From an uncultured Anaerolineales bacterium (GTDB taxonomy: Bacteria > Chloroflexota > Anaerolineae > B4-G1), in NCBI GenBank assembly GCA_964530325.1, contig CAZHAX010000003.1, positions 11,409 through 75,408 of the forward strand: a stretch of DNA of 64,000 bases, in the 5' to 3' direction. Every line of letters starts with the position of its first letter. Position 1 is the first letter of the stretch. Below are positions 1 through 11,702 of the stretch, piece after piece. The notes below the pieces were generated by a model that was not told the origin of the DNA, did no database searches, and saw only the letters and a program-made list of their open reading frames with translations. A program made the position numbers and the translations under genes.

Positions 1-1274
1 AGCAAGTCGTCGAGGACGACGTTCTGGGCAGGGTCATCCGAGTGGTCGAAGAGCGCGCGGCAGCGGTCCCCGGCGGGAACGTGTTCCTGACCATCGATCT
101 GGACCTGCAGCGCTTCGCTGAGGAGGCGCTTCGCCGGGGACTGGAGCGGGTGGACTCGCCGCGTGGCGTCGTGATCGCCATGGACCCGCAGTCCGGAGAG
201 GTGCTGGCACTTGTCTCCCTGCCCAGCTACGACAACAACCTCTTCTCCCACGGCATATCGACGCAAGAGCTGCGTGAGCTCAACGAGAACATCCACCTGC
301 CGCAGGTCAACCACGCCATAGGAGACAGCCTGCAGCCTGGCTCACTGTTCAAGGTTGTGGTCGCTGCGGCCGGGCTGGAGGAAGGGGCTATCGACGCGGA
401 GACGGAGTACTCCTGCCCCGGCACCATCGTCGTGCCCAACAAGTACTTCCCGAACGACCCCGGGCAGGCCGAGAGCTTCTATTGCTGGAACCTCTCCGGC
501 CACGGTGCTAACAATGTCGTCGGCGCCATAGCCCACTCCTGCAACATCTTCTTCTACAAGCTGGGCGGGGGCTACGTCGGCTTCGATGAGGACGAGGAGG
601 AGATCGAGGGCATAGGCGCTCGAGTCATCGCCGAGTATGCCCAGCAGTTCGGTCTCGGCGCGACGACTGGCATCGAACTGACCGGCGAGATCAGCGGAAC
701 GGTGCCCACGCCGGACTGGAAGAGACGCACGATCGGTGAGACCTGGTCCACGGGTAACTCCTACCTGTTCTCGATCGGAGAGGAATACCTCTCCGTGACC
801 CCTCTGCAGATGCTGAACGTGTTCAACACTGTGGCCAACGGGGGCACGCTCTACCGCCCGACTGTAGTCCACCACGTAGCAGACGCGGGTGGCGACACCG
901 TGGAGCAGTACGAGCCGGAAGTGATCCGACCGCTCGGTTTCGACGTCGAGACTTGGTCGCTGATCCAGCAGGGGATGGAAGGCGCGGTCGTCTACGGGAC
1001 CGCGAAGCTGACGCAGATTGAGGGCCTGCGCGTCGCGGGCAAGACCGGCACTGCCCAATACTGCGACAATATCGCCTTGGAGCAGGGCATCTGCCTGCCC
1101 GGTTACGAGCAGCCCGAACACGCCTGGTTCGCCGGCTTTGCCCCCGTCGGTGACCCCGAGCTGTCCATCATCGTCTTTCTCTACGGCGGCGGTGAGGGTT
1201 CGGTGAACGCGGTCCCCATTGCGCACGAGATACTCCAGTACTACTTCGCCCGCGAAGGAGTCATACCCGAGTGA
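1..1274 (+). CDS. mrdA: Penicillin-binding protein 2 (transpeptidase domain), 5'-truncated by the window edge
   Basis: The frame is open back to position 3. It has the KTG box 'GKTGTAQ' and typical PBP transpeptidase sequence, and is immediately followed by a RodA/SEDS gene. Confidence 0.8.
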   Translation, partial: QVVEDDVLGRVIRVVEERAAAVPGGNVFLTIDLDLQRFAEEALRRGLERVDSPRGVVIAMDPQSGEVLALVSLPSYDNNLFSHGISTQELRELNENIHLPQVNHAIGDSLQPGSLFKVVVAAAGLEEGAIDAETEYSCPGTIVVPNKYFPNDPGQAESFYCWNLSGHGANNVVGAIAHSCNIFFYKLGGGYVGFDEDEEEIEGIGARVIAEYAQQFGLGATTGIELTGEISGTVPTPDWKRRTIGETWSTGNSYLFSIGEEYLSVTPLQMLNVFNTVANGGTLYRPTVVHHVADAGGDTVEQYEPEVIRPLGFDVETWSLIQQGMEGAVVYGTAKLTQIEGLRVAGKTGTAQYCDNIALEQGICLPGYEQPEHAWFAGFAPVGDPELSIIVFLYGGGEGSVNAVPIAHEILQYYFAREGVIPE

Positions 1275-1458
1275 CCTGGCCAGCCGGCGCTCCCCGCTGC
1301 GTAGAGCGCGCCTGTTTCCAGTATCCCAGCTGGCGTGCTATAATCGCCGCGAGATGGCCGCAGGACACCGCTGGCTCCGCGCGGCCATCCCCTGTCCGGC
1401 CTTCGGGGTGGATGGCTGCTGCCATCACCGGATGCCAATTCGGGTCTAGCACAAGGAC

Positions 1459-2640
1459 ATGAAGGGACGACGACTCTGGCGGCACTTCGATTATGTGCTG
1501 CTCGGCGCAGCCGTGGTCCTCACCATCTTCGGGGTGGTGATGATCCAGAGCGCGAACAGGGGGAGCCTTGATACGCAGCTCCAGGATGAATGGGGCCGCC
1601 AGGCGATTCTCGGCGTCGTGGGGGTAGGGCTCGTCTTCCTGCTGGCCGCCTTCCCCCGCGACTATCACTGGCTGGCTGACCTGTGGCCGTTGGCCTTTGT
1701 GGCGGCCTCGGTGCTGCTGGTGCTGGCACTCATATTCGGCAGCAGCGGCGTCGGCCAGGTGAGCGGCTGGCTCTACCTGGGCCCGCTTGGCCTGCAGCCC
1801 TCCTACATCGCCATGAACCTGCTGACGATATCGGTGGCAGCCATACTGGGGCAGGCCCGAAGGAAACGCACGGCGTCTCAGTCACTTCTCGCGGGAGCGC
1901 GCAAGAGCGGCCTGTCCGATGTGGCCGCGGAGCGTCCCGGGGTGCGCGGCTTCCTTTTCTCAGGCCTGCTGACGCTCGCGCTGGCCGCTCTCGTGTTCCT
2001 CGAGCCGGACATGGCTACGGCTGCGGTCCTGGTAGCAATGTGGGCGGCTATGCTTCTTGAGTCGAACGTGCCGGCCCGCTACCTGGCCATTACCGTGATC
2101 GTGGCGCTGGTGGCTATCTATCCACTCTGGGGCTTGATGGATCAGTACCCCTACATGCGTGAGCGTGTGCTCGGCTTTCTGAGCCCGGCGCCCGGCTCCA
2201 GCGCCGCCTACCAGGTGAGCCAGGCCCTGATCGCCGTAGGCTCGGGGGGCTTCTGGGGCAAAGGGCTGGGACAGGGTACGCAGAGCCAGCTTCGCTACCT
2301 GCCGGTCCGCCACACCGACTTCATCTTCTCGGTGCTGGCCGAGGAGCTGGGCTTCGCGGGTGTGATGCTACTGTTCGCGCTCTATCTGGTGCTCTTCCTA
2401 CGCCTGATCAGGATCATTCTCATCGCTCCCGATCTCTTCGGCAAGCTGCTCGTAACAGGCGTACTGGCGATGATCCTGTTCCAGATGGCTGTCAATGTCG
2501 GCATGAACCTGGGCATGCTGCCGGTGGCAGGCTTGCCGCTCCCGTTCATCAGCTACGGGCCGAACGCACTCCTGACCACAATGATTGGAATCGGCATCGC
2601 CGAGAACGTGGCCATGCGCCACCGCAGGCTCGAGTTCTAG
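1459..2640 (+). CDS. mrdB: Rod shape-determining protein RodA (SEDS family FtsW/RodA)
   Basis: 393-aa polytopic membrane protein with SEDS-family sequence. It is paired with the PBP2 gene. Confidence 0.85.
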   Translation: MKGRRLWRHFDYVLLGAAVVLTIFGVVMIQSANRGSLDTQLQDEWGRQAILGVVGVGLVFLLAAFPRDYHWLADLWPLAFVAASVLLVLALIFGSSGVGQVSGWLYLGPLGLQPSYIAMNLLTISVAAILGQARRKRTASQSLLAGARKSGLSDVAAERPGVRGFLFSGLLTLALAALVFLEPDMATAAVLVAMWAAMLLESNVPARYLAITVIVALVAIYPLWGLMDQYPYMRERVLGFLSPAPGSSAAYQVSQALIAVGSGGFWGKGLGQGTQSQLRYLPVRHTDFIFSVLAEELGFAGVMLLFALYLVLFLRLIRIILIAPDLFGKLLVTGVLAMILFQMAVNVGMNLGMLPVAGLPLPFISYGPNALLTTMIGIGIAENVAMRHRRLEF

Positions 2641-2672
2641 CGCACCCCGCAACAGGGACACAGGAACGAAGC

Positions 2673-4367
<1,695 letters not shown>

Positions 4368-4369
4368 GC

Positions 4370-5881
4370 ATGCCCCCTCGCGTTCGCTTTGCCCCCAGCC
4401 CGACCGGCGAAGCTCACATCGGCAACGTGCGCACGGTAGTGTTCAACTGGCTCTATGCGCGAGGCCAGGGCGGCCGTTTCGTCCTCCGAATCGAAGATAC
4501 CGATAGGATGCGCTACCGGCCGGAGAGCATTGCAGCCATACTGGACGGGATTCGCTGGCTGGGGCTCGATTGGGACGAGGGGCCGGGCGAGGACGAGCTC
4601 AGAGAGGCGGGGGTCGAGCCTGCCGGCGAGTACGCCGTGGGAGGGCCGCACGAGCCATACATCCAGTCTCAGCGCCTGCACCTCTACAGGGAGACGGCCG
4701 CGCAGCTGATCCGGCTTGGCGCCGCGTACCGCTGCAACTGCACACCCGAGCGGCTCGAGCGCGTGCGCCAGGAGCAGCGGGAGCGCAAGCTGCCGGTGAT
4801 GTACGATCGCCACTGCCGGGACCTGCCCGCAGGCGCCGTCTCGCCGGACGAGCCTCACGTCGTCCGGCTCAAGGTGCCTCTCACTGGCCGGACCGTCGTG
4901 CCGGATATCATCAGGGGCGACGTCGCCTACGACAACGCCGGCATCGACGATCAAGTCTTGCTCAAGACAGACGGCTTCCCCACCTACCACCTGGCGGTCG
5001 TTGTGGACGACCACGACATGGAGATCACGCACATCATTCGCGGCGAGGACTGGATGTCCAGCACGCCCAAGCGCATCCTCATATACGACGCTCTGGGATG
5101 GCAGCGCCCGGCCTACTGCCACGTGCCCCTGGTCTTGGGGGCTGATGGAAAGCCGCTTTCGAAGCGGCATGGTGCCACTGGCATCAGCCAGTTCCGGCGT
5201 CAGGGGTACCTGCCGGAGGCGCTCCTCAACTTCCTGGCCCTGCTGGGCTGGGCGCCGGGGGAGGGAGAAGAACAGGAGATCTTCAGCCGGGACGAACTGA
5301 TCGAGCGCTTCGATCTGCGCCGCGTGAGCAAGGCAGCCGCGGTCCTTTCCTACGAAAAGCTAGACTGGATGAACGGTGTCTATATCCGCGCCCTGCCCCA
5401 GGATCAGCTGCTCGACCGCCTGCTCCCCTTCTGGCAGGAGGCGGGGCTCGTGCCTGACCCCTGCCCGGAGGATGTGCGGGCGTCCCTCGCCGATCTGGTG
5501 CCGCTGGTGCAGGAGCGCCTGGCCAGACTGGATCAGGTCGTCGACTGGACGCGCTTCCTGTTCCAGGAGATCGAGACGCCGCCGGCGGAGATGCTCGTGG
5601 GGAAGAAGATGACCGCCTCAGAGAGCCTGAAGGCGCTGAAGGCAGCCCGGGCCGTGCTCGCCGGCGCGCAGCCCTACGACGCGGAGACTCTGGAGAAGGA
5701 AATGCGCGCGCTGGCGGACGGGGAGGGCCTCAAGGCGAGCCAGCTGTTCGGCCTCGTCCGCTTCGCCACCACGGGGCAGAAGGTGGCCCCACCCTTATTC
5801 GGATCGCTCGCCTTCCTGGGGCGGGAACGGACCCTGTCCCGCATGGATGCAGCCGCCGAGGTCTTGGCCGCCGCGGTCTAG
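4370..5881 (+). CDS. gltX: Glutamyl-tRNA synthetase
   Basis: ATG at 4370, two nt after the glnS TGA. The longer ORF from 4052 would overlap glnS. 'RFAPSPTGEAHIGNVRT', 'FVLRIEDTD', 'KPLSKRHG'. Confidence 0.9.
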   Translation: MPPRVRFAPSPTGEAHIGNVRTVVFNWLYARGQGGRFVLRIEDTDRMRYRPESIAAILDGIRWLGLDWDEGPGEDELREAGVEPAGEYAVGGPHEPYIQSQRLHLYRETAAQLIRLGAAYRCNCTPERLERVRQEQRERKLPVMYDRHCRDLPAGAVSPDEPHVVRLKVPLTGRTVVPDIIRGDVAYDNAGIDDQVLLKTDGFPTYHLAVVVDDHDMEITHIIRGEDWMSSTPKRILIYDALGWQRPAYCHVPLVLGADGKPLSKRHGATGISQFRRQGYLPEALLNFLALLGWAPGEGEEQEIFSRDELIERFDLRRVSKAAAVLSYEKLDWMNGVYIRALPQDQLLDRLLPFWQEAGLVPDPCPEDVRASLADLVPLVQERLARLDQVVDWTRFLFQEIETPPAEMLVGKKMTASESLKALKAARAVLAGAQPYDAETLEKEMRALADGEGLKASQLFGLVRFATTGQKVAPPLFGSLAFLGRERTLSRMDAAAEVLAAAV

Positions 5882-5905
5882 CGGCGTCCCACCCGCCACC
5901 CCGCG

Positions 5906-6562
5906 CTAGCCCAGGCTCTTGCGCAGCGCGGCCACATTCTCGGCCACCGTCCCCCGTTCGTTGAAGATCGCAGAGCCGCACACCATCATCGATGCGCCGG
6001 CCTGTGCCGCCAAAGGCGCGGTGTCTGGGTAGATCCCCCCGTCGACGCCGATCGGGACATCCAGGCCCATGTCGGCCAGCATGCTGCGGAGCTGCCGCAC
6101 GACGTCGAGCTGCCCCGGAATCAGCCCCTGCCCGCCGGCACCGGGCGCAACGGTCATCACCTGCACCATGTCGACCAGGCCGAGGGCATCGACGAGCACG
6201 GCTGGCGCGGTGCCCGGCCGGATCGCCACGCCCGTCTCGACACCCAGCTCGCGCACAGCCTCCAGCACGGTCATCGGCTCTGCGGTCGACTCCCAGTGGA
6301 CGATGAGGCGGTCCGCCCCGGCCTCGGCGAACGCCTCGATGTGCCTCTCTGGCTCGACGATCATCAGGTCGACATCAAGCATCACCTTCACCAACGGCCG
6401 CAGCGACCGCACCACGCCCGGACCAAAGGTGATCGCCGGCACATAGCGCCCGTCCATGACGTCGATCTGGATACCGTCGACACCGGCGTCGGCGGCCTGG
6501 CGCGCCTGTTCTCCCAGACGGGCATAGTCGGCGGCGAGCATGGAGGCTTCGAGCAGCGCCAT
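5906..6562 (-). CDS. rpe: Ribulose-phosphate 3-epimerase
   Basis: 'IQIDVMDGRYVPAITFGP' and the overall Rpe TIM-barrel sequence; 218 aa. Confidence 0.85.
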   Translation of the reverse strand: MALLEASMLAADYARLGEQARQAADAGVDGIQIDVMDGRYVPAITFGPGVVRSLRPLVKVMLDVDLMIVEPERHIEAFAEAGADRLIVHWESTAEPMTVLEAVRELGVETGVAIRPGTAPAVLVDALGLVDMVQVMTVAPGAGGQGLIPGQLDVVRQLRSMLADMGLDVPIGVDGGIYPDTAPLAAQAGASMMVCGSAIFNERGTVAENVAALRKSLG

Positions 6563-6582
6563 TGTTCTCCTCTGGTGCGTGT

Positions 6583-7275
6583 TCAGGACCCGCCCTTGAG
6601 GTGCCGGACGCCTTCAGCGGTTCCCACCAGCACGTCAGTCGCCAGCCCGATGAACAGCCCGTGGGCCACGATGCCGGCACGCCCGTCGAGCAGGGCGGCC
6701 AGTTCCTCCGGCCTATCGATCGGCTCGAGCCGGCAATCGACGATCAGATTGCCCTCATCCGTGGTGAAGGGCGATCCATCACCCAGTCGGCGCACCTCAG
6801 GCCGGGCGCCGAGCGACTCAAGGTAGGGCAGCTCTGTGCCCAGGGCGAAGGGGATGACCGCAACCGGGAGCCGGAATCGGGTGCCCAGCGCAGGCGAGAG
6901 CTTCGTCTCGTCTACCACAATCACCAGGCGGCGGCTCGCCTGGGCCACCACTTTCTCCCGCAGAAGGGCCCCACCCCCACCCTTAATCAGATTCAGATGG
7001 GGGTCGACCTCATCCGCCCCGTCAATCGTCAGGTCGATGACCGGATGCTCCCCCAGCGTGGTGACTGGGATGCCCAACTGTCCCGCCTCCGCCTCAACGT
7101 GCAGCGAGCAGGGCACACCTAGCACACCGTCCAGCTTCCCTTCGCGGATCAGCGCGCCCAGGCGCCGCAGCGCCATCGTCGCCGTGCTTCCGTGGCCCAG
7201 GCCCACGACCATCCCCGGCCTGACGGACTCAACCGCCTGCTCCGCGGCCAGCCGCTTCAGCTGATCAATCTCCAT
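6583..7275 (-). CDS. rpiA: Ribose-5-phosphate isomerase A
   Basis: 'VVGLGHGSTA' and 'KGGGGALLREKVVA' motifs. The start is taken at the internal Met 'MEIDQLK'; the ORF extends to 7320. Confidence 0.8.
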   Translation of the reverse strand: MEIDQLKRLAAEQAVESVRPGMVVGLGHGSTATMALRRLGALIREGKLDGVLGVPCSLHVEAEAGQLGIPVTTLGEHPVIDLTIDGADEVDPHLNLIKGGGGALLREKVVAQASRRLVIVVDETKLSPALGTRFRLPVAVIPFALGTELPYLESLGARPEVRRLGDGSPFTTDEGNLIVDCRLEPIDRPEELAALLDGRAGIVAHGLFIGLATDVLVGTAEGVRHLKGGS

Positions 7276-7861
7276 TGCCCCAGCCCGGCTTCTCCCGATC
7301 GCCCTCGCGCGCCTGCGCATGCTCCTCTAGCTCCACCCCCAGCCCGCTGACGATCCGCGTGGCGAACGCGAAGTAGGCGGTGATCTGAGCTATGTCCAGT
7401 ATAGCCCGATCGCCAAACCCCTCCTCGCGCAGCGCGCCGACGTCCTCCCGGGTCACCGCCTGCTGGTCGCGCGTCAGTTTGGCGGCATAGTCCAGCATCG
7501 CCCGATCCGCACTGCTCAGCTGCGCCCGGCGGTGGTCCTGCTTCAGCTGACTCACCAGCGCGTCGTCGTCGACCAGTCTGCGGAGAGCCTCCCCGTGATG
7601 CGCTGCTCAGTAGTGGCAGCCGTTGAGTGCCGAGACGACCGTGCCGATCATCTCGCGCTGGTACCTCTTCAGCGGCGACCGGCCGAACATCAGAGTGCGA
7701 TACAGAGCGCGGTGGTCGATCATCGACCGTGGATTGAGGCTGTGCACCTTCATTATGTTCGCCACTCGCCCGGCCAGGCCGGCGCAACACTCGTAGGCGG
7801 CTGCCAACTCCGCTTCCGCCTCCCCCTCGTCTACAACCTCAATCCACGCTGCTTCAGGCAC
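7265..7861 (-). CDS. AhpD/carboxymuconolactone-decarboxylase family protein with an in-frame TGA at the CxxC motif (candidate selenoprotein, or nonsense allele)
   Basis: ORFs 7607..7861 and 7265..7555 are in the same frame. They are separated only by TGA at 7607-7609, which follows 'NGCHY'. Read through, the motif is NGCHY-U/C-AAHH, the AhpD-like CxxC position. Confidence 0.6.
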
Positions 7862-8507
7862 GACTCAGCTCCCCCATTTGCTCCAGGGCTTTCTCAGCTC
7901 CCCCAGCAGCGCGGCCCAGCATCCGCCAGCGGATGATAGTCGCCGCCAGCAGCAGGCCGGAGATCAGCAGTATCGCCGCCGAGAGTGCCCAGGCCGGCGC
8001 GCCGAGAGCCACAAGCGCGCTGTATGCCTCGGCGTACATCATACTCCGCCAACCCAGGAGCGCAAGCGACGTGTGCCAGAAGACGTCCAGCCACGAGAAG
8101 CAGAAGCCTACGACCAGCAGCTGCATCCACCTGCGCCGCGGCGGTCGGGCCCAAAGCGCAGCTTGGAAGATCAGAGCCAGGCCCAGCGTGCTTAGGCTGC
8201 CCGCAGACCGCATCCAGTGATCTGCGATTTCGGGAAGGCTCCTATCCAGCCAGACGCGCCCAAAGTATCCGGAAGCGTGCTCGAAGCGCAGGCTGGGATA
8301 GAGGTCGAGCCCCAAGACGTTGAGGCGTTCCACCCGGGCACCGAAGGCAATGCCCGCCAGTGCGTGGCCGCACTCGTGGATCAGAGTGCCCACCGCGAGG
8401 ACGACAAACGCGATAACGACCGCGCCTGCCACCCAGGCCAGCCGTCCTCCCCAAACCGCCAACCTCTTGCGCAAGGCCATACCCAGGCTAACCGAAATCG
8501 ATCGCAC
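7854..8507 (-). CDS. Membrane protein with an HExGH zinc-metalloprotease motif (M50-like)
   Basis: 'LIHECGHALAG' sits in a predicted TM helix, with several further hydrophobic segments. Confidence 0.45.
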   Translation of the reverse strand: MRSISVSLGMALRKRLAVWGGRLAWVAGAVVIAFVVLAVGTLIHECGHALAGIAFGARVERLNVLGLDLYPSLRFEHASGYFGRVWLDRSLPEIADHWMRSAGSLSTLGLALIFQAALWARPPRRRWMQLLVVGFCFSWLDVFWHTSLALLGWRSMMYAEAYSALVALGAPAWALSAAILLISGLLLAATIIRWRMLGRAAGGAEKALEQMGELSRA

Positions 8508-8620
8508 AGCGCCCTGTAAGCGCCGAAGCTAACCCGGACCCGGGCAAAGCCGAGCCTCCCTCGGTGCAGACCGCGGGAGGCGTTGAGGCTCGCATTGCCC
8601 GGGTCATCAGCCGGCAGGGG

Positions 8621-9349
8621 CTACGCTGCGCCCAGGTAGGCCCGCCGCACATCCGGGTTCTTGCGCAGCTCGTCCGCTGTTCCTTCCAGGACCACCCTGC
8701 CCGTCTCCAACACGTAGCCGCGGCTGGCGACGGAGAAGGCCATCAACGCGTTCTGCTCGACGAGCAGAATGGTCGTGCCCTCTTCGTTCAACTGCCTGAT
8801 CACGCGGAAGATATCCTCCACCAGCAGAGGGGCCAGCCCCATCGACGGCTCGTCTAGCAGCAGCAGCCTCGGGTGGGCCATCAGCGCCCGTCCGATGGCC
8901 AGCATCTGCTGCTCGCCGCCGCTCAGCGTGCCTCCCACCTGCTTGATCCGCTCCTTCAGCCTGGGGAACAGAGTGAAGACGCGCTCCATATCCGCACGAA
9001 TGCCGTCTTCATCGTCCCGACGGAAGGCTCCCATTTCCAGATTCTCCAGCACAGTCAGCCGGCCGAAGATACGCCGACCTTCAGGTGCCTGCGACACCCC
9101 CCGGGTCACTATCTCGTGCGCAGGCAGCTCGGAGATGTCGTTGCCAGACAGCGTGATCCTGCCCTGCCTCGGCCGCAGCAGGCCGCAGATGGTGTTCAGG
9201 ATCGTGCTCTTGCCAGCGCCGTTGGCGCCGATGAGCGTGACTATCTCGCTCTCCTCCACCGTCAACGAGACACCTTTCAGAGCGTGGATGTTGCCGTAGT
9301 AGGTGTGGACGTCGCTGACCTCGAGCATCGTCACCATTCCTAGTTCCAA
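8621..9349 (-). CDS. livF: Branched-chain amino acid ABC transporter ATP-binding protein (LivF-type)
   Basis: Walker A 'GANGAGKST', an ABC signature, and Walker B 'LLLLDEPS'. Confidence 0.85.
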   Translation of the reverse strand: MELGMVTMLEVSDVHTYYGNIHALKGVSLTVEESEIVTLIGANGAGKSTILNTICGLLRPRQGRITLSGNDISELPAHEIVTRGVSQAPEGRRIFGRLTVLENLEMGAFRRDDEDGIRADMERVFTLFPRLKERIKQVGGTLSGGEQQMLAIGRALMAHPRLLLLDEPSMGLAPLLVEDIFRVIRQLNEEGTTILLVEQNALMAFSVASRGYVLETGRVVLEGTADELRKNPDVRRAYLGAA

Positions 9350-10119
9350 CCCCTGCCAGCACCGCGCCCGAGGTACGCCTCTATCACCTCAGGGCTGCTC
9401 TGGATCTCGTCCGGCGTTCCCTCGGCAATCTTGACCCCGTAGTCCAGCACCGAGATGCGTTCCGAGATGTTCATCACCACTCGCATGTCGTGCTCGATGA
9501 GCAGGATCGTGATCCCCAGCTCGTCGCGCAGCCGGCGGATGAAGCCGATCATCTCTGTCGTCTCAGACGGGTTCATCCCTGCCGTCGGCTCGTCGAGGAG
9601 CAGCAACGTGGGCTTGCAGGCCAGGGCCCGGGCGATCTCGAGGCGACGCTGGTCTCCGTAGGGCAGGTTCTTGGCGAAGACCTCCTCCTTGCCTCCGAGC
9701 CCGACAAACTGCAGCAGGCGCCGCGCCTCTCGCTCGGCGGCCTCCTCTTCCCGTCGCGTGCGACCCAGCCCCAGCACTGCCCCGGGCAGGCCCGAATGCA
9801 GCAGGTGGTGCTGCCCGACCAACACGTTCTCCTGCGCCGTCAGGTTGTTGAACAGGCGGATGTTCTGGTAGGTGCGGCCGATACCCATCGACGCGATCTG
9901 ATCAGGTCGCTTTTCGTTGAGCAGCACACCGTCGAAGTAGAGCGAGCCCTCTTCAGGCCGGTAGGCGCCGGCCACGCAATTGAACAGGGTCGTCTTGCCC
10001 GCTCCGTTCGGGCCGATTATGCTGGAGATGCTCAACTCCGGCACGTCCAGATCGACTGAACTGACAGCCGTCAGTCCTCCGAAACGCTTTGTCACGCCGT
10101 CAGCTTGCAGGATGGTCAT
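9340..10119 (-). CDS. livG: Branched-chain amino acid ABC transporter ATP-binding protein (LivG-type)
   Basis: Walker A 'GPNGAGKTT', 'LLLLDEPTAGMNP', and a LivG-like C-terminus. Confidence 0.85.
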   Translation of the reverse strand: MTILQADGVTKRFGGLTAVSSVDLDVPELSISSIIGPNGAGKTTLFNCVAGAYRPEEGSLYFDGVLLNEKRPDQIASMGIGRTYQNIRLFNNLTAQENVLVGQHHLLHSGLPGAVLGLGRTRREEEAAEREARRLLQFVGLGGKEEVFAKNLPYGDQRRLEIARALACKPTLLLLDEPTAGMNPSETTEMIGFIRRLRDELGITILLIEHDMRVVMNISERISVLDYGVKIAEGTPDEIQSSPEVIEAYLGRGAGRGWN

Positions 10120-11702
10120 GGCCGACCCTCCGAGGCACTATCGGGGACCTCCGGCGGCTCGGAAGCGCCGGAGAGCTCCATACGTATTCGCTTCGAGGGC
10201 CACAGACCCTCCGGGCGCAGAATCATCATCACTATCAGGAGGGCGCCGAAGGCCAGCATGCGGTAGTCGTCCAGCTCGCGCAGCACTTCGGGCAAGCCTT
10301 TGAGCACGATCGCTCCCATTACCACGCCGGGGATACTGCCCATTCCGCCGATGATGACCAGGCAGAGAACATTGACAGAGACGAGCAGGTTGAAGTCCTC
10401 GGGTCCGGCGTACTTGTTGCGGGATGCGTAGATCACCCCACCCAGGCCGGCGAAGGCCGCGCCGACGGCGAAGGCAAGCAGCTTATACTTGAGCGTGTGG
10501 ATGCCCATGGCCTCGGCTACGTCCTCGTCCTCCCGCATGGCCATCCACGCCCGGCCGACCCGCGAACTACGAATGCGTGTCGTGATGAAGGCAACCAGAA
10601 TGATGCCCAGGATGATGAAGTACAGGAAGGACATCTGGCTGGTGAGGTCGTAGCCGAAGACGCTCGGACCTCCCACTGCCAGGACGCCCTGTGGGCCGCC
10701 GGTATAGGGAGTCAGGGCATCGCTCTTGAGAAGGAGGCGGATTATCTCTCCAAAGCCCAGCGTGACGATGGCCAGGTAGTCGCCGCGCATACGAAGCACG
10801 GGTATTCCCAACAGCACCCCTGCCGCAGCCGCGAGCACAATCCCGATAGGCAGCACGACCCAGAAATCGAGCTCTATACCATAGGGCTGCGGGGCCGTGA
10901 GCAGAGCCACCGTGTAGCCACCGATGGCGAAGAAGGCGGCATAGCCAAGATCGAGCAGCCCGGCCATGCCGACGACGACGTTGAGGCCCAGCCCCAGCAT
11001 CACGTAGATGCCAACCGTGCCCAGCGTGTTGCTCCAGTAGCGGCCCAGGAACGGCGGGGCGGCAAGCAGTATCACCAGACCGATGACCAGAAGGGCGCTG
11101 CGAGCCCACCGCGCTTTCCCAAGCAGTTGCGCCGGGGGCGATTCGGCCAGCCTGTCGCCCAAGCGCTGCAGCCAGCCGGAGATGTGCTCCCTCCATGTGT
11201 ACCGTCTTGAAGCATAGGAAAGCATTGTCCCGGCGAACGATGCACACAGCAGCGAGAGCCCCAAGACCAGCGCTGCCTGCCACGCCGCCCTGCCGAGCGT
11301 CAGCAGTCCGATAGCATCGGGCGTCAACTGCACCAGCCAATGGCGGATGTCGGCACCCGCTTCGATCAGCGAGCCGAGGCCCCAGGTGACGGCCGCCATC
11401 ACCAGGGCGTGCGCCAGACCAGCCAACAGGCCACTGCCCACCGCCCCGGCCCAAGAACGTCCTTCCACCTTCCTGGCGGCACCAGCGCCGCCCCAGATCG
11501 CCAAGGCTGCGATCAAGGCCCAAGCACCAAAGGCCCGAGAACCCAGATCGAACCAGTCCTGCGCAAGGCCGCCCGCGAGCCCCGGCAGCCCGAGCAGGAT
11601 GGCGAAGATAGCGATCGCAGCCGACAGCAGGCCCGGCGCCACGAAGGAGCGAACCCGCACAGTGCCCTCATTCTGGGAAGCAGGCCTTGTGGTCGCCATC
11701 AC
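10116..11702 (-). CDS. livM: Branched-chain amino acid ABC transporter permease (LivM-type) with a roughly 200-aa N-terminal membrane extension
   Basis: LivM-like core 'LGLNVVVGMAGLLDLGYAAFFAIGGY'. It is translationally coupled to the flanking liv genes. Confidence 0.8.
   Translation of the reverse strand: MMATTRPASQNEGTVRVRSFVAPGLLSAAIAIFAILLGLPGLAGGLAQDWFDLGSRAFGAWALIAALAIWGGAGAARKVEGRSWAGAVGSGLLAGLAHALVMAAVTWGLGSLIEAGADIRHWLVQLTPDAIGLLTLGRAAWQAALVLGLSLLCASFAGTMLSYASRRYTWREHISGWLQRLGDRLAESPPAQLLGKARWARSALLVIGLVILLAAPPFLGRYWSNTLGTVGIYVMLGLGLNVVVGMAGLLDLGYAAFFAIGGYTVALLTAPQPYGIELDFWVVLPIGIVLAAAAGVLLGIPVLRMRGDYLAIVTLGFGEIIRLLLKSDALTPYTGGPQGVLAVGGPSVFGYDLTSQMSFLYFIILGIILVAFITTRIRSSRVGRAWMAMREDEDVAEAMGIHTLKYKLLAFAVGAAFAGLGGVIYASRNKYAGPEDFNLLVSVNVLCLVIIGGMGSIPGVVMGAIVLKGLPEVLRELDDYRMLAFGALLIVMMILRPEGLWPSKRIRMELSGASEPPEVPDSASEGRP

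Noticed and set aside
7555-7609. AhpD gene interpreted as two genes, or as a frameshifted pseudogene
   Set aside because: Both halves are in one frame with continuous family homology across a single TGA, so there is no frameshift. It is kept as one CDS with a Sec-or-nonsense codon; see the selenoprotein finding.
8217-8532. Small ORFs between the HExGH membrane gene and livF
   Set aside because: They overlap the 3' end of the membrane-protein gene. No RBS or motif support.
10567-11523. 318-aa ORF in an alternative frame inside livM, and Arg/Pro-rich ORFs inside livH and other liv genes
   Set aside because: Same-strand alternative-frame artefacts of GC-rich coding sequence. LivM homology is in the other frame.
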